A stretch of DNA of 27,958 bases from positions 1 to 27,958 of IMG/VR virus record IMGVR_UViG_3300020426_000020; one strand, written 5' to 3'. The position numbers and the translations under genes were made by a program. Below, in pieces: positions 1 to 7,335 of this stretch. This DNA is from a virus (lineage: Duplodnaviria > Caudoviricetes). The notes beneath the pieces are model-generated. The model worked only from the letters and a program-made list of their open reading frames with translations. It made no database searches and was not told the origin of the DNA. The first letter of the stretch is position 1. Each line of letters begins with the position of its first letter.

Positions 1-378
1 CGCCTCGAACGCGGCGAGCGCGTCCTGGAAATGGCCGAAGATCGGCGCGGGCGCGGCCAGGATGATCGCGTCGCGCGCCGGCGTGGGCTGCGCTGCTTGC
101 AAAGGCGGCATATCCGCCGCCGACGCATCGACGGCCGCCGGCGCGTCATCGCCGCCCAGCTGCATCATCGCCTGCGCGGTCTTGCGCCCGGCCGGCGTCA
201 GCCGCGCTTCGCCGCCTGGATCGTCGAACAGCCGATAGCCCAGCCGCATCTCCAGCGCCGCGATCCCGTCCAGCACCTCTGGCCGGGTCAGACCCATATC
301 CTCGGCACAGCGCGCCACGCTGCCCGCCGCCACCATCTGCGCGAAAATATCCAACTGGCGCAGGGACGGGCTGCTCAT
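1..378 (-). CDS. Host LysR-type HTH transcriptional regulator (partial, runs off the left edge)
   Basis: Not in the ORF track. Manual translation from ATG at 378 gives MSSPSLRQLDIFAQMVAAGSVARCAEDMGLTRPEVLDGIAALEMRLGYRLFDDPGGEARLTPAGR, matching the LysR HTH pattern (LRQL.IF...GS...A..L......I..LE..LG..LF....LT.AG). The frame is open to position 1. Confidence 0.8.
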   Translation of the reverse strand, partial: MSSPSLRQLDIFAQMVAAGSVARCAEDMGLTRPEVLDGIAALEMRLGYRLFDDPGGEARLTPAGRKTAQAMMQLGGDDAPAAVDASAADMPPLQAAQPTPARDAIILAAPAPIFGHFQDALAAFEA

Positions 379-448
379 GCGCCGGTGATAGAGGAAATGG
401 CCTCCATGCGTAAGCGCCATCTTCGCACGCTTTCCACGCAAAGCCGGG

Positions 449-480
449 TTGACGAACCCCCCGCGATGATGGCAGGGCGC
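449..480 (+). promoter_or_regulatory. Possible sigma70-type promoter of the tRNA gene
   Basis: TTGACG at 449-454, about 40 bp upstream of the tRNA 5' end. The -10 element is poorly defined. Confidence 0.35.
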
Positions 481-491
481 TCCTCTGCCGG

Positions 492-565
492 GCGGGTATA
501 GCTCAATGGTAGAGCACTAGCCTTCCAAGCTTGTGATGCGGGTTCGATCCCCGCTACCCGCTCCA
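492..565 (+). tRNA. tRNA-Gly (anticodon TCC), prophage integration target (attL)
   Basis: GCGGGTA acceptor stem pairs with TACCCGC and is followed by TCCA. D arm GCTC-AATGGTA-GAGC, anticodon loop CTTCCAA (522-528), T arm GCGGG-TTCGATC-CCCGC. Length 74 nt. Confidence 0.96.
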
Positions 566-2154
566 GCGTTAACATACATCGACGCATGCAGGTCCTGGCC
601 GGTGGCCAAGGCAAGCATATTTGTCACGCGGCCGGTGCATTCTACCTCTACGCCGCGGCGTCCTTCAGCCGGATAAACCGTGACGCTGCCGATCAGGGCG
701 CGCAGCTTTGGAATGGCCTCCAACTGGGCATGGCCGTTGTTGTCCAGCGCCTTTGTCAGCTCCGCGATCTGGGCGCGATATTCGTCGGCTATACCTGGGT
801 GCAGAGTGATGACCGGGAAGGCTTCCAGGTCGTTCAGTTCCTGGGCGATGACGTCGCGGTCGTTTCGGGCCTTCGAAAGAATAGCGCGGATCTCGACGAA
901 TTCGTCGCCGCCCTCGGCGATCGCGTTGACCAGGCGCTCCACCTTCGCGGCGGCTTCGCGGTGCCGGCGTTCCAGCTTGGCGCGTTGCTGGCTGACCTGT
1001 TGCGACCGGCGGCGTCGGCTTTCGTGAAATTCCCTGACATAGGCCGAGACGACGTCCGGGTGCAGCATGTCGTCGCGCAACCCGTCCAGGACCTTCTGTT
1101 CATAGACGTGCGTCTTGACTGTCCGGTTGTTCGTGCAGCCGCCGCCGTCCCGATGCTTGCCGCAGGCCCATTGGTCGCGGCCGATGACGATCCAGCCACC
1201 GCCGCAGATGCCGCAACGACCGATTCCCGACAGCAGCCTTTTGGGACGACGGGCGGTTTCGGGACGATCGGTGCTGTAGGCATTGCGCAGATGCTGCACG
1301 CGATCCCATGTCGCATCATCGATGATGCGAAGGGCCGGGGCGTCGGCCTCTATCCAGTCCTCTTCCGCGTTGGGCCTGATCCGTTCCTTTCGGGTTCGCG
1401 GGTCGGCGACCTTGCTGGTTCGTTCGTGGACGATCTTGCCGATGTAGATCCGGTTCTGAAGGATGCCGTTCTTTCGCTTGCGGTCGCCGGCGATCGTCGA
1501 GCTGCGCCATGTTCCGCCCGTAGGGCCGGGAATGTTATCGGCGTTAAGGCCCGCCGCGATCTGACGGGCGCTGCGGTGGTCGGCATATTCCGCGAAGATC
1601 CGGCGCACGATTTCCGCCTGGTCCTCGTCGATCGCGCGCAAACCGCGCACCAGTTCGCCGCGCTCGTCAAGCCGGTTGGCCTTGCGATAGCCATAGGCCA
1701 GGCCCGCGGGCGATCGGCCGGCGCGAACGGTGCCGCGCTGGCCACGCTTCACGTTGAAGGCGATGTCCTTGCGTGCCTGGGAATCGAGGAAGCCCTGCAC
1801 CCAACCCTTGATCTCGTCGATTTCGCCCTGGGACAGGGTGAAGAGACGCGCGCCGAAATAGGACAGGCGCTCGCGAATGGCGAAGCCGTCGCCCTGGTGT
1901 CTCGCGATTCGGCTGGTCGATTCGGCCAGCACCTGGTCGACGCCGCCGCGTTCGACACGGGCCAGCATGGCGTTGAGGCCGGGGCGCTGATCCTCGCCGA
2001 TGCCTGCGGCGCCGCTGATGGCTTCATCGGTAAAGGTGTCGATGATCTGCCAGCCTTCCCGGGCGGCGCGATCGCGGCACAGCGCGATCTGATCGGCGAT
2101 CGACCGGCTATTCTGAAGGTCGCTGCTGTAGCGTGCGTAGATGATGGTCCGCAT
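517..2154 (-). CDS. Large serine integrase/recombinase
   Basis: N-terminal resolvase motif IIYARYSS (catalytic Ser) and SRIAR, recombinase domain (AYGY, ILQNRIYIG, LRIIDDATW), Zn ribbon CGICG...C...C, then a coiled coil. Start moved to the ATG at 2154 (MRTIIYARYS). Confidence 0.95.
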   Translation of the reverse strand: MRTIIYARYSSDLQNSRSIADQIALCRDRAAREGWQIIDTFTDEAISGAAGIGEDQRPGLNAMLARVERGGVDQVLAESTSRIARHQGDGFAIRERLSYFGARLFTLSQGEIDEIKGWVQGFLDSQARKDIAFNVKRGQRGTVRAGRSPAGLAYGYRKANRLDERGELVRGLRAIDEDQAEIVRRIFAEYADHRSARQIAAGLNADNIPGPTGGTWRSSTIAGDRKRKNGILQNRIYIGKIVHERTSKVADPRTRKERIRPNAEEDWIEADAPALRIIDDATWDRVQHLRNAYSTDRPETARRPKRLLSGIGRCGICGGGWIVIGRDQWACGKHRDGGGCTNNRTVKTHVYEQKVLDGLRDDMLHPDVVSAYVREFHESRRRRSQQVSQQRAKLERRHREAAAKVERLVNAIAEGGDEFVEIRAILSKARNDRDVIAQELNDLEAFPVITLHPGIADEYRAQIAELTKALDNNGHAQLEAIPKLRALIGSVTVYPAEGRRGVEVECTGRVTNMLALATGQDLHASMYVNAGAGSGDRTRITSLEG

Positions 2155-2275
2155 GGGCGGGGAATCCTGTGGAGCGGGTGCGGCGTTCAAAGTCGCGCGC
2201 TTCGTCCGCGCGCGCAAGGGCGCGCACGAAATCCAGCAGCGCGTCAGATGGCGGCGGTCGAAAGGGGGCGTTCAT
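2108..2275 (-). CDS. Small 55-aa protein upstream of the integrase (candidate RDF/excisionase)
   Basis: MNAPFRPPPSDALLDFVRALARADEARDFERR... Its ATG overlaps the TGA of the upstream gene (ATGA at 2272-2275), indicating translational coupling. Confidence 0.6.
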   Translation of the reverse strand: MNAPFRPPPSDALLDFVRALARADEARDFERRTRSTGFPAHADHHLRTLQQRPSE

Positions 2276-2637
2276 GCCGCTGCCTTGTCTACGATGGGGC
2301 TCCAGCCCGTTGGGCGCAGCCAGCGAAAGAGGGCGAAGAGGCCGGCGACCTTGCGCAGTGCGTCTTCGGTCGTGGTGCCCAGCGTTGCTTCCGCCTTGCA
2401 GGCGGTGGCCCAGGCGTTGCGCGCCATGGTGATGCGTTCCGGCAGCGTCCAGTCGCGCGGGCCGCGCGCCTGGCAGGCGGCATCGCCGGCAGCGCGGCCG
2501 ACCATCAGGGCGATGTTGGACCAGATGACATCGTCCTGATGCGCGCGGCTGGTGTCGCCCTGCCCAGCGGCCGACCAGGCCGCCTTGCGACGGGCGCGTT
2601 CGTCGCGCGCGATCTGAAGCAACTGGGCAGGCGTCAT
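2272..2637 (-). CDS. Phage hypothetical protein (121 aa)
   Basis: Tightly packed in the leftward operon, high-GC3 codon usage, coupled to the next gene. Confidence 0.7.
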   Translation of the reverse strand: MTPAQLLQIARDERARRKAAWSAAGQGDTSRAHQDDVIWSNIALMVGRAAGDAACQARGPRDWTLPERITMARNAWATACKAEATLGTTTEDALRKVAGLFALFRWLRPTGWSPIVDKAAA

Positions 2638-2640
2638 GGC

Positions 2641-2757
2641 TCAATGCATGGTCAGCCGCAGCAGGGCGGCGAGGGTGGGGAAGAAGGCGAACCAGAGGAT
2701 GCCCAGGGCCAGGCCGATCAGGAAGGGCATGACCGGGCTGTAGCCGGGCCTGTCCAT
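2641..2757 (-). CDS. 38-aa single-pass membrane peptide
   Basis: Manual translation MDRPGYSPVMPFLIGLALGILWFAFFPTLAALLRLTMH*. It fills the gap between flanking genes with 1-nt and 3-nt spacers and is below the ORF-track size cutoff. Confidence 0.65.
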   Translation of the reverse strand: MDRPGYSPVMPFLIGLALGILWFAFFPTLAALLRLTMH

Positions 2758-2758
2758 G

Positions 2759-3217
2759 TCAGGCGGCCCTGGCGGCAGTGCTTACGCGGACGTAGCGGGG
2801 GCTGCGGTCGTATCCGGCGCCGGCATAGCCATCCTTGCGCCAGCCCAGGCGCCGCATGACGCGGGTCAAGTGGCTGTTGTCGGTATAGCGGGGGACGCGG
2901 CCCTGTTCGGCGGCCATGGCCAGCTGTGTGCCCAGGTCGCGCAGGGCGACTTCATTGCAGTCGCGCAGCAGCTTGGCGGCGAAGAGGGCGATGCGCGCGG
3001 TCGCGGCGCTCATGTCGGTATAGGGCAGCAGGGCGTTGTGATCGGCCTCGACCGGGTCGACCAGTTCGTCGATCGGCGCGCGGCGCGTCAGACCGAAGGC
3101 GGGCCCTTCGCGGGTGATGATCGCCTGATCGCCGACATGCTGGAAGATGCGCCAGCGCAGCCCTTCGAACAGGGCGATCGCGCCGGGCATGGGGAATTCG
3201 GTACGAAGCTGAAGCAT
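2759..3217 (-). CDS. Phage hypothetical protein, possible C-terminal winged-helix DNA-binding domain
   Basis: GGAGG RBS 7 nt upstream of the ATG; first gene of the leftward operon; C-terminal LTRVMRRLGWRK...RYVR pattern. Confidence 0.7.
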   Translation of the reverse strand: MLQLRTEFPMPGAIALFEGLRWRIFQHVGDQAIITREGPAFGLTRRAPIDELVDPVEADHNALLPYTDMSAATARIALFAAKLLRDCNEVALRDLGTQLAMAAEQGRVPRYTDNSHLTRVMRRLGWRKDGYAGAGYDRSPRYVRVSTAARAA

Positions 3218-3247
3218 GACAGGGCCTCCGTTGAATGAACGGGGGCC

Positions 3248-3300
3248 TGTCTAGTATGAGACAAATCTCATTGTCAATAAGTCAATGAGATTTAGCCTAT
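3248..3300 (-). promoter_or_regulatory. PL-like promoter with repressor operators (OL)
   Basis: Minus-strand TTGACA (3277-3272) is directly followed by the palindrome ATGAGACAAATCTCAT (3256-3271). A second degenerate copy ATGAGATTTAGCCTAT lies at 3285-3300. Confidence 0.7.
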
Positions 3301-3301
3301 T

Positions 3302-4039
3302 TCAAATTCCGTGAAGTTCGTTGGGCGGGATGACGCGATGCATTGCGGCGACGTTGGTCTTTGCCACCTTGAACGTCATGCGCGGCTCATATTGAGTGAG
3401 GACGTAGAAGTCCGCCGTTCGCCGATCCAGGCGCTTGACCATGGCGCGCACGATCCGGTCTCCGCCATCGCCATCGGGTGCGACCAGCTGCAAGACGACA
3501 TGATCGCCGATCGCCGGATTGCGAGCCGGATCCACGAAGATCGGTTCGCCATCCATGTAGCGGGGTTCCATCGACGTGCCGACGACGAAAAGGGCGTAGA
3601 CGTTCCGCTTTTCAGCAATGCCGATAGGGCGTCGCACATGGTCGATAATTTCGTCTGGCATCAACGACGTAGTTTCGACGCAGGTTCCCGGTTCGTCAAG
3701 GTCGGGGCAATAGTCTGCGCCTTCAGCGCTGCCCCAGACAGGCACGTCCATCGGATTGCTACGATGGCGATAGATCGACGAATCGGCGTCACGCACGTTG
3801 CTTTCCGCTATTTCAGGCGGGTTGATTCCGGCGATCGCGTTGAATTCAGACATGCTGGTGCGGGCCACGCCCAGCAGCTTCATCAGCGTGTCATGTCGTG
3901 GCGTCGAATTTTTCTTCTTGAGGTCCTGGAAGAAGCTGGAGCTGATCTTCGCTGCGCGCGCCCAAGAGGCTTCATTCATATCCTCAGGCATTACCTGCCT
4001 AAGCGCCTCATAATAATTGATTTTCATGCCGTTTGCCAT
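3302..4039 (-). CDS. cI: CI-like phage repressor, HTH plus S24 autopeptidase
   Basis: N-terminal HTH (NEASWARAAKISSSFFQDLKK..TPRHDTL), catalytic Ser in VVGTSMEP and Lys in MVKRL, divergent from cro. The start is 4039 or 4027, not 4165. Confidence 0.9.
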   Translation of the reverse strand: MANGMKINYYEALRQVMPEDMNEASWARAAKISSSFFQDLKKKNSTPRHDTLMKLLGVARTSMSEFNAIAGINPPEIAESNVRDADSSIYRHRSNPMDVPVWGSAEGADYCPDLDEPGTCVETTSLMPDEIIDHVRRPIGIAEKRNVYALFVVGTSMEPRYMDGEPIFVDPARNPAIGDHVVLQLVAPDGDGGDRIVRAMVKRLDRRTADFYVLTQYEPRMTFKVAKTNVAAMHRVIPPNELHGI

Positions 4040-4042
4040 TGC

Positions 4043-4131
4043 GTGCGGAAAATCGCATAGCGGCAATGAGACTGCACGATGAGATATATCCACTGCTAAG
4101 GCTTGCATGATGAGATTTGTCGCATTATGCA
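4043..4131 (+). promoter_or_regulatory. OR/PR control region
   Basis: TTGCAT(4103-4108)-N17-TATGCA(4126-4131), with operator ATGAGATTTGTCGCAT (4110-4125; 15/16 match to the OL palindrome) in the spacer. Weaker copies at 4043-4058 and 4079-4094. Confidence 0.7.
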
Positions 4132-4140
4132 TCTGTCCCC

Positions 4141-4395
4141 ATGACGATCCCAACCGACGAAGCACTGCTTGAGCAGATCGATGCCTTTCTGGCTGCCACT
4201 GGCATGTCGCCGACCCGTCTGGGGCTGGACGCCACCGGCGAAGGCGGCCTGATCAAGTCCATCCGCGACGGGCGATCCATCACCCTGCGCACCGGCCGAC
4301 GGCTAGTCGAGTTCATGGATAGCTATGCGGCCGGAGAGGATGCGTCACCGGAAAAGAACGCGCCGGAATCCCCCTCGATCGAAAAGGCGGCCTGA
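4141..4395 (+). CDS. cro: Cro-like HTH regulator
   Basis: LLEQIDAFLAATGMSPTRLGLDATGEGGLIKSIRDGRSITLRT, typical of alphaproteobacterial phage Cro-like proteins; divergent from cI. Confidence 0.85.
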   Translation: MTIPTDEALLEQIDAFLAATGMSPTRLGLDATGEGGLIKSIRDGRSITLRTGRRLVEFMDSYAAGEDASPEKNAPESPSIEKAA

Positions 4396-4398
4396 GTC

Positions 4399-4893
4399 AT
4401 GGCGCGGGGGGATATCAGCAGCGGTGAAAAGGCGCTGGCGCTGGCGACCAAGCGCGCGATCGAAGCGGCGGGCGGGCTTGACCCGTGCGCGGCGGAGACG
4501 GCGATCGGGCGCAGCCAGTTGTCGCGGTGCGGCAGCGTCAACGAGCGCGACAGTATTTCCATCCGCGACGCGGTGACGATCGACCTGCTGGGCCAGCGGT
4601 CGGACGGGCATCCCTTCATCGTGCGGGCGCTGTGCCGGCAAGTGGGCGGCGTGTTCGTGCCGTTGCCCGAGCCGCAGGACGATGCCGATGGGCTGACCCT
4701 GACGGTGGTCGAGCTGGCGGGCGAGCTGGGCGACCTGTCGAACAGCATCCGCACGGCGCTGTGCGCACATGGCGAGGCGGGCGAGGCGGTGTCTCCGCGC
4801 GAGAATGACGCGATCCGCGCCGACATATTGGCGATGCAGGAAACGCTGGCGGCGCTGGACCAGCGGCTGACGGCGATGCGCGGGGAGGGATGA
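4399..4893 (+). CDS. CII-like phage regulatory protein
   Basis: Located right after cro. Pattern LALATKRAIEAAGG...A....IGRSQLSR and G.P.IVRAL...GGVFVPLP, followed by a helical C-terminus. Confidence 0.7.
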   Translation: MARGDISSGEKALALATKRAIEAAGGLDPCAAETAIGRSQLSRCGSVNERDSISIRDAVTIDLLGQRSDGHPFIVRALCRQVGGVFVPLPEPQDDADGLTLTVVELAGELGDLSNSIRTALCAHGEAGEAVSPRENDAIRADILAMQETLAALDQRLTAMRGEG

Positions 4894-4900
4894 TATCCAG

Positions 4901-5422
4901 ATGCAGGCGGCGTCATCCATGAAACCGGAGCAATTGCATAGCTGGGCCAACCGCGCGCGGCCGGGTGACGATGTCGTCTATGCGACAGGCGCACGCCCAG
5001 GCGACGTCATCAGCGCCGCGGTTCGGGCGCTGCACGCGTCAGGCGTGGTCACCATGACCAGCAAGCGCATTCCCGGCGGGTTCCGTTTCATCGCGCAGCG
5101 CCTGCCCGATCCGCGTCCGTCGCAGCTGCGCGCGCGCAAGGCGGGGAATGGCGGACATTTCACGCGGCGCGGCGACGGGGCGAAGCGGTCGACCCGGATC
5201 GTGCTGCGCCTGCTGAAGCGCGCGGCGGCGCGGGGCGAGCCCTGTCCGACCAACGCGGAACTGGCCAGGGCGGCCGGGCTGAAGGATGCGCTGGCCGCGT
5301 CCTACCGCATCCGGCGCCTGGTGAAGGATGGCCTGATCCAGGTGGAAGAGCCGGGTCCGACCGAGCGACGGGTGGTGACGATCGCCGCCACGGGCCAGCG
5401 CACGCGGAGGGCGATGCTGTGA
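4901..5422 (+). CDS. Phage protein with C-terminal LexA-like winged HTH
   Basis: CPTNAELARAAGLKDALAASYRIRRLVKDGLI; GGAGG upstream of the start. Confidence 0.75.
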   Translation: MQAASSMKPEQLHSWANRARPGDDVVYATGARPGDVISAAVRALHASGVVTMTSKRIPGGFRFIAQRLPDPRPSQLRARKAGNGGHFTRRGDGAKRSTRIVLRLLKRAAARGEPCPTNAELARAAGLKDALAASYRIRRLVKDGLIQVEEPGPTERRVVTIAATGQRTRRAML

Positions 5423-5474
5423 GCCCGCTTGTCCCCAGCACCCTTTTCCATCCCGTCGGGTCGCGACGTGGATC

Positions 5475-5511
5475 GGGCGCGGCGGCGTCCCCCTGTTCCG
5501 CCGCCGCGTCC
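5475..5511 (+). other. GC-rich intergenic hairpin with C-rich loop
   Basis: GGGCGCGGCGGCG-TCCCCCTGTTC-CGCCGCCGCGTCC, a 13-bp stem with one G-U pair and no U tract. Confidence 0.55.
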
Positions 5512-5568
5512 GCATCAACCCCATCAGAGCAAGCCGAATAGCGGCGCAGTCAGAGAGAAGGACGTCCC

Positions 5569-7335
5569 ATGCCCAGAGCCAAGAAGGCGGCGCCGGTTGC
5601 GCCGGAAAGTGACAGTGAAGCGCCAGCGCTGGCCGCCAGCGCGTTCGAGCTGGTGCCGCTGGCGCGGTTGCGGCGCGCGCCGGAAAATGTGCGCCACACG
5701 AACCAGGCGGTCGATATCGAGTCGCTGGCCGACGACATCGCGGCGCACGGCCTGCTGCAGAATCTGATCGGCTATGCCGGCGACACGTCGATCGACAAGG
5801 CCGTCGTTTATATCGTCGGCGGCGGGCGGCGGTTGCAGGCTTTGCAGCGCCTGCTGGACCTGGGCGCATTGGCGGAGGATTTTCCCGTGCCCGTGCTGTT
5901 GCGCAGCCCGGCCGAGGCGATCGACCTGTCGCTGTCGGAAAATCTGGCCAAGCGCGACATGAACCCGGCGGACGAATTTCTGGCGTTCGAAGCGCTGATG
6001 AAGCCGGGCCTGCTGTCGCCTGCCGATCTGGCGAAGAAATTCGGCTTCAGCGAACGGTACGTCAAGCAGCGGCTGCGGCTTGCGGCGCTGGCGCCGGAGA
6101 TACTGGACGCCTTGCGCGAGGGTAAGCTGACGATCGACGCGGCGATGGCCTATGCGGGAAGCCAGAACCATCGCCTGCAAATGAAGGTTTTCGCGACCGA
6201 GGCAAAGAAGGGCGCGCATGCCCATCACGCGATGAATATCCGATTTGGGATATCGGGCGCGCAAATGCGGACCGGCGACGCGCTGTTCAAGTTCGTCGGC
6301 GCGAGGGATTATGAGGCCAAAGGCGGGCGGTATGAGGACGACCTGTTCGCCGATGCCGAGTCCCTTGACGGCCGTAAGCTGCGCGACCCTGACATCATCC
6401 AGGCGATCGCGTCTGATCGGGTGCATTTTCAGCAGGCGCGCGTCCTGGCCGATGCGAAGGAGGCGCATCCCACCACCAGCGACGTGTTGGTCTGTCCCGG
6501 CCTGCGCCTGGATCGATGGCCGAAGGCTCCGAAGGGCTATGAACTGGTAGACAAGGGGTATCGCCACGATCTGGGCAGCTATGAAGCGCTGCGCGACAAG
6601 GCCGGGGCGCTGGGGATCGATATCGTCGGCATTTGCGGTGTCGATCATGGCGGGCGGTTGGCGCTAGGCAACCGGTTCTTCGTTCCTGGTGCGCGACTTG
6701 CGGACATCATTCCGCCGATCAGTCACGCGCCGCGTGAAACGCCAGAGGAATTGGAGGCCAAGCGGCGGGCAAATGCGGTGCGATCTGTCGCAGCGTTCCT
6801 GGCGGCGAAGAAAGTCCGCGACGACAAGGTGGAGGGGCGGCAGTTCTGGCGAACGACCCGGCCCGACCTGTGGCGCAGCAGCGATGTCGAAGGTGTCGGC
6901 GAATGCTATGCTGTCGGGGTAGACGTGCTGGTGACGCCTGACGATATCGAGGCGCAGCTGGAGGCGGCTGCGGTCGAATATGACCGTCAGGAGGCCGAGA
7001 AAGCGGCGGAACGGGAAGCGAAGCAACGCGCGGAGGAAGAGGCGGCGGCGGCCGAGGCGAGCAAGCGCGCGGATCTAGCGGCGATGGATCCGGTCCCTGC
7101 CGTCCTGCAAATGGGCGAATTGCTGTTGTTCCGTTGGGCCGATGGCTGCTGGTATGACGAGCGCGAAGTCGAAGGCGCCGACCCGGTCTATCAATTCGAT
7201 GATTTGGCCGAAGTGCTGGAATGGGCCGAGGCGGAAGGATCTGGGGTGCGCGGGGCCTGGGTGTCGCTGGAGTCCTATGAGGCGGCGCATGTGCCCGAGG
7301 TGGACGCCGAAGACCAAGTGGATCAGGCAGCATGA
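5569..7335 (+). CDS. ParB/RepB/Spo0J-family protein (long, plasmid/ICE-like type)
   Basis: VPLARL...NVR, LADDIAAHGLLQNL, GGGRRL arginine patch, SLSENLAKRDMNPADE, HTH ADLAKKFGFSERYVKQRLRL; RBS GAAGGA. Confidence 0.9.
   Translation: MPRAKKAAPVAPESDSEAPALAASAFELVPLARLRRAPENVRHTNQAVDIESLADDIAAHGLLQNLIGYAGDTSIDKAVVYIVGGGRRLQALQRLLDLGALAEDFPVPVLLRSPAEAIDLSLSENLAKRDMNPADEFLAFEALMKPGLLSPADLAKKFGFSERYVKQRLRLAALAPEILDALREGKLTIDAAMAYAGSQNHRLQMKVFATEAKKGAHAHHAMNIRFGISGAQMRTGDALFKFVGARDYEAKGGRYEDDLFADAESLDGRKLRDPDIIQAIASDRVHFQQARVLADAKEAHPTTSDVLVCPGLRLDRWPKAPKGYELVDKGYRHDLGSYEALRDKAGALGIDIVGICGVDHGGRLALGNRFFVPGARLADIIPPISHAPRETPEELEAKRRANAVRSVAAFLAAKKVRDDKVEGRQFWRTTRPDLWRSSDVEGVGECYAVGVDVLVTPDDIEAQLEAAAVEYDRQEAEKAAEREAKQRAEEEAAAAEASKRADLAAMDPVPAVLQMGELLLFRWADGCWYDEREVEGADPVYQFDDLAEVLEWAEAEGSGVRGAWVSLESYEAAHVPEVDAEDQVDQAA

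Noticed and set aside
31-614. ORFs 31..501 (+) and 375..614 (-)
   Set aside because: They are shadows of the LysR-like gene and the tRNA. The LERVAGIEPAS peptide is simply the tRNA read in reverse.
586-2859. 757-aa plus-strand ORF
   Set aside because: It is the antisense shadow of the integrase and leftward operon. It has no recognisable motifs and is expected in high-GC DNA.
4040-4165. Longer starts for cI (4165) and cro (4117)
   Set aside because: They would overlap each other and the operator/promoter region.
5419-5541. Possible 40-aa GTG-start ORF overlapping the stop of the wHTH gene
   Set aside because: Atypical codon usage and a low-complexity product that runs through the hairpin; not enough support to call.
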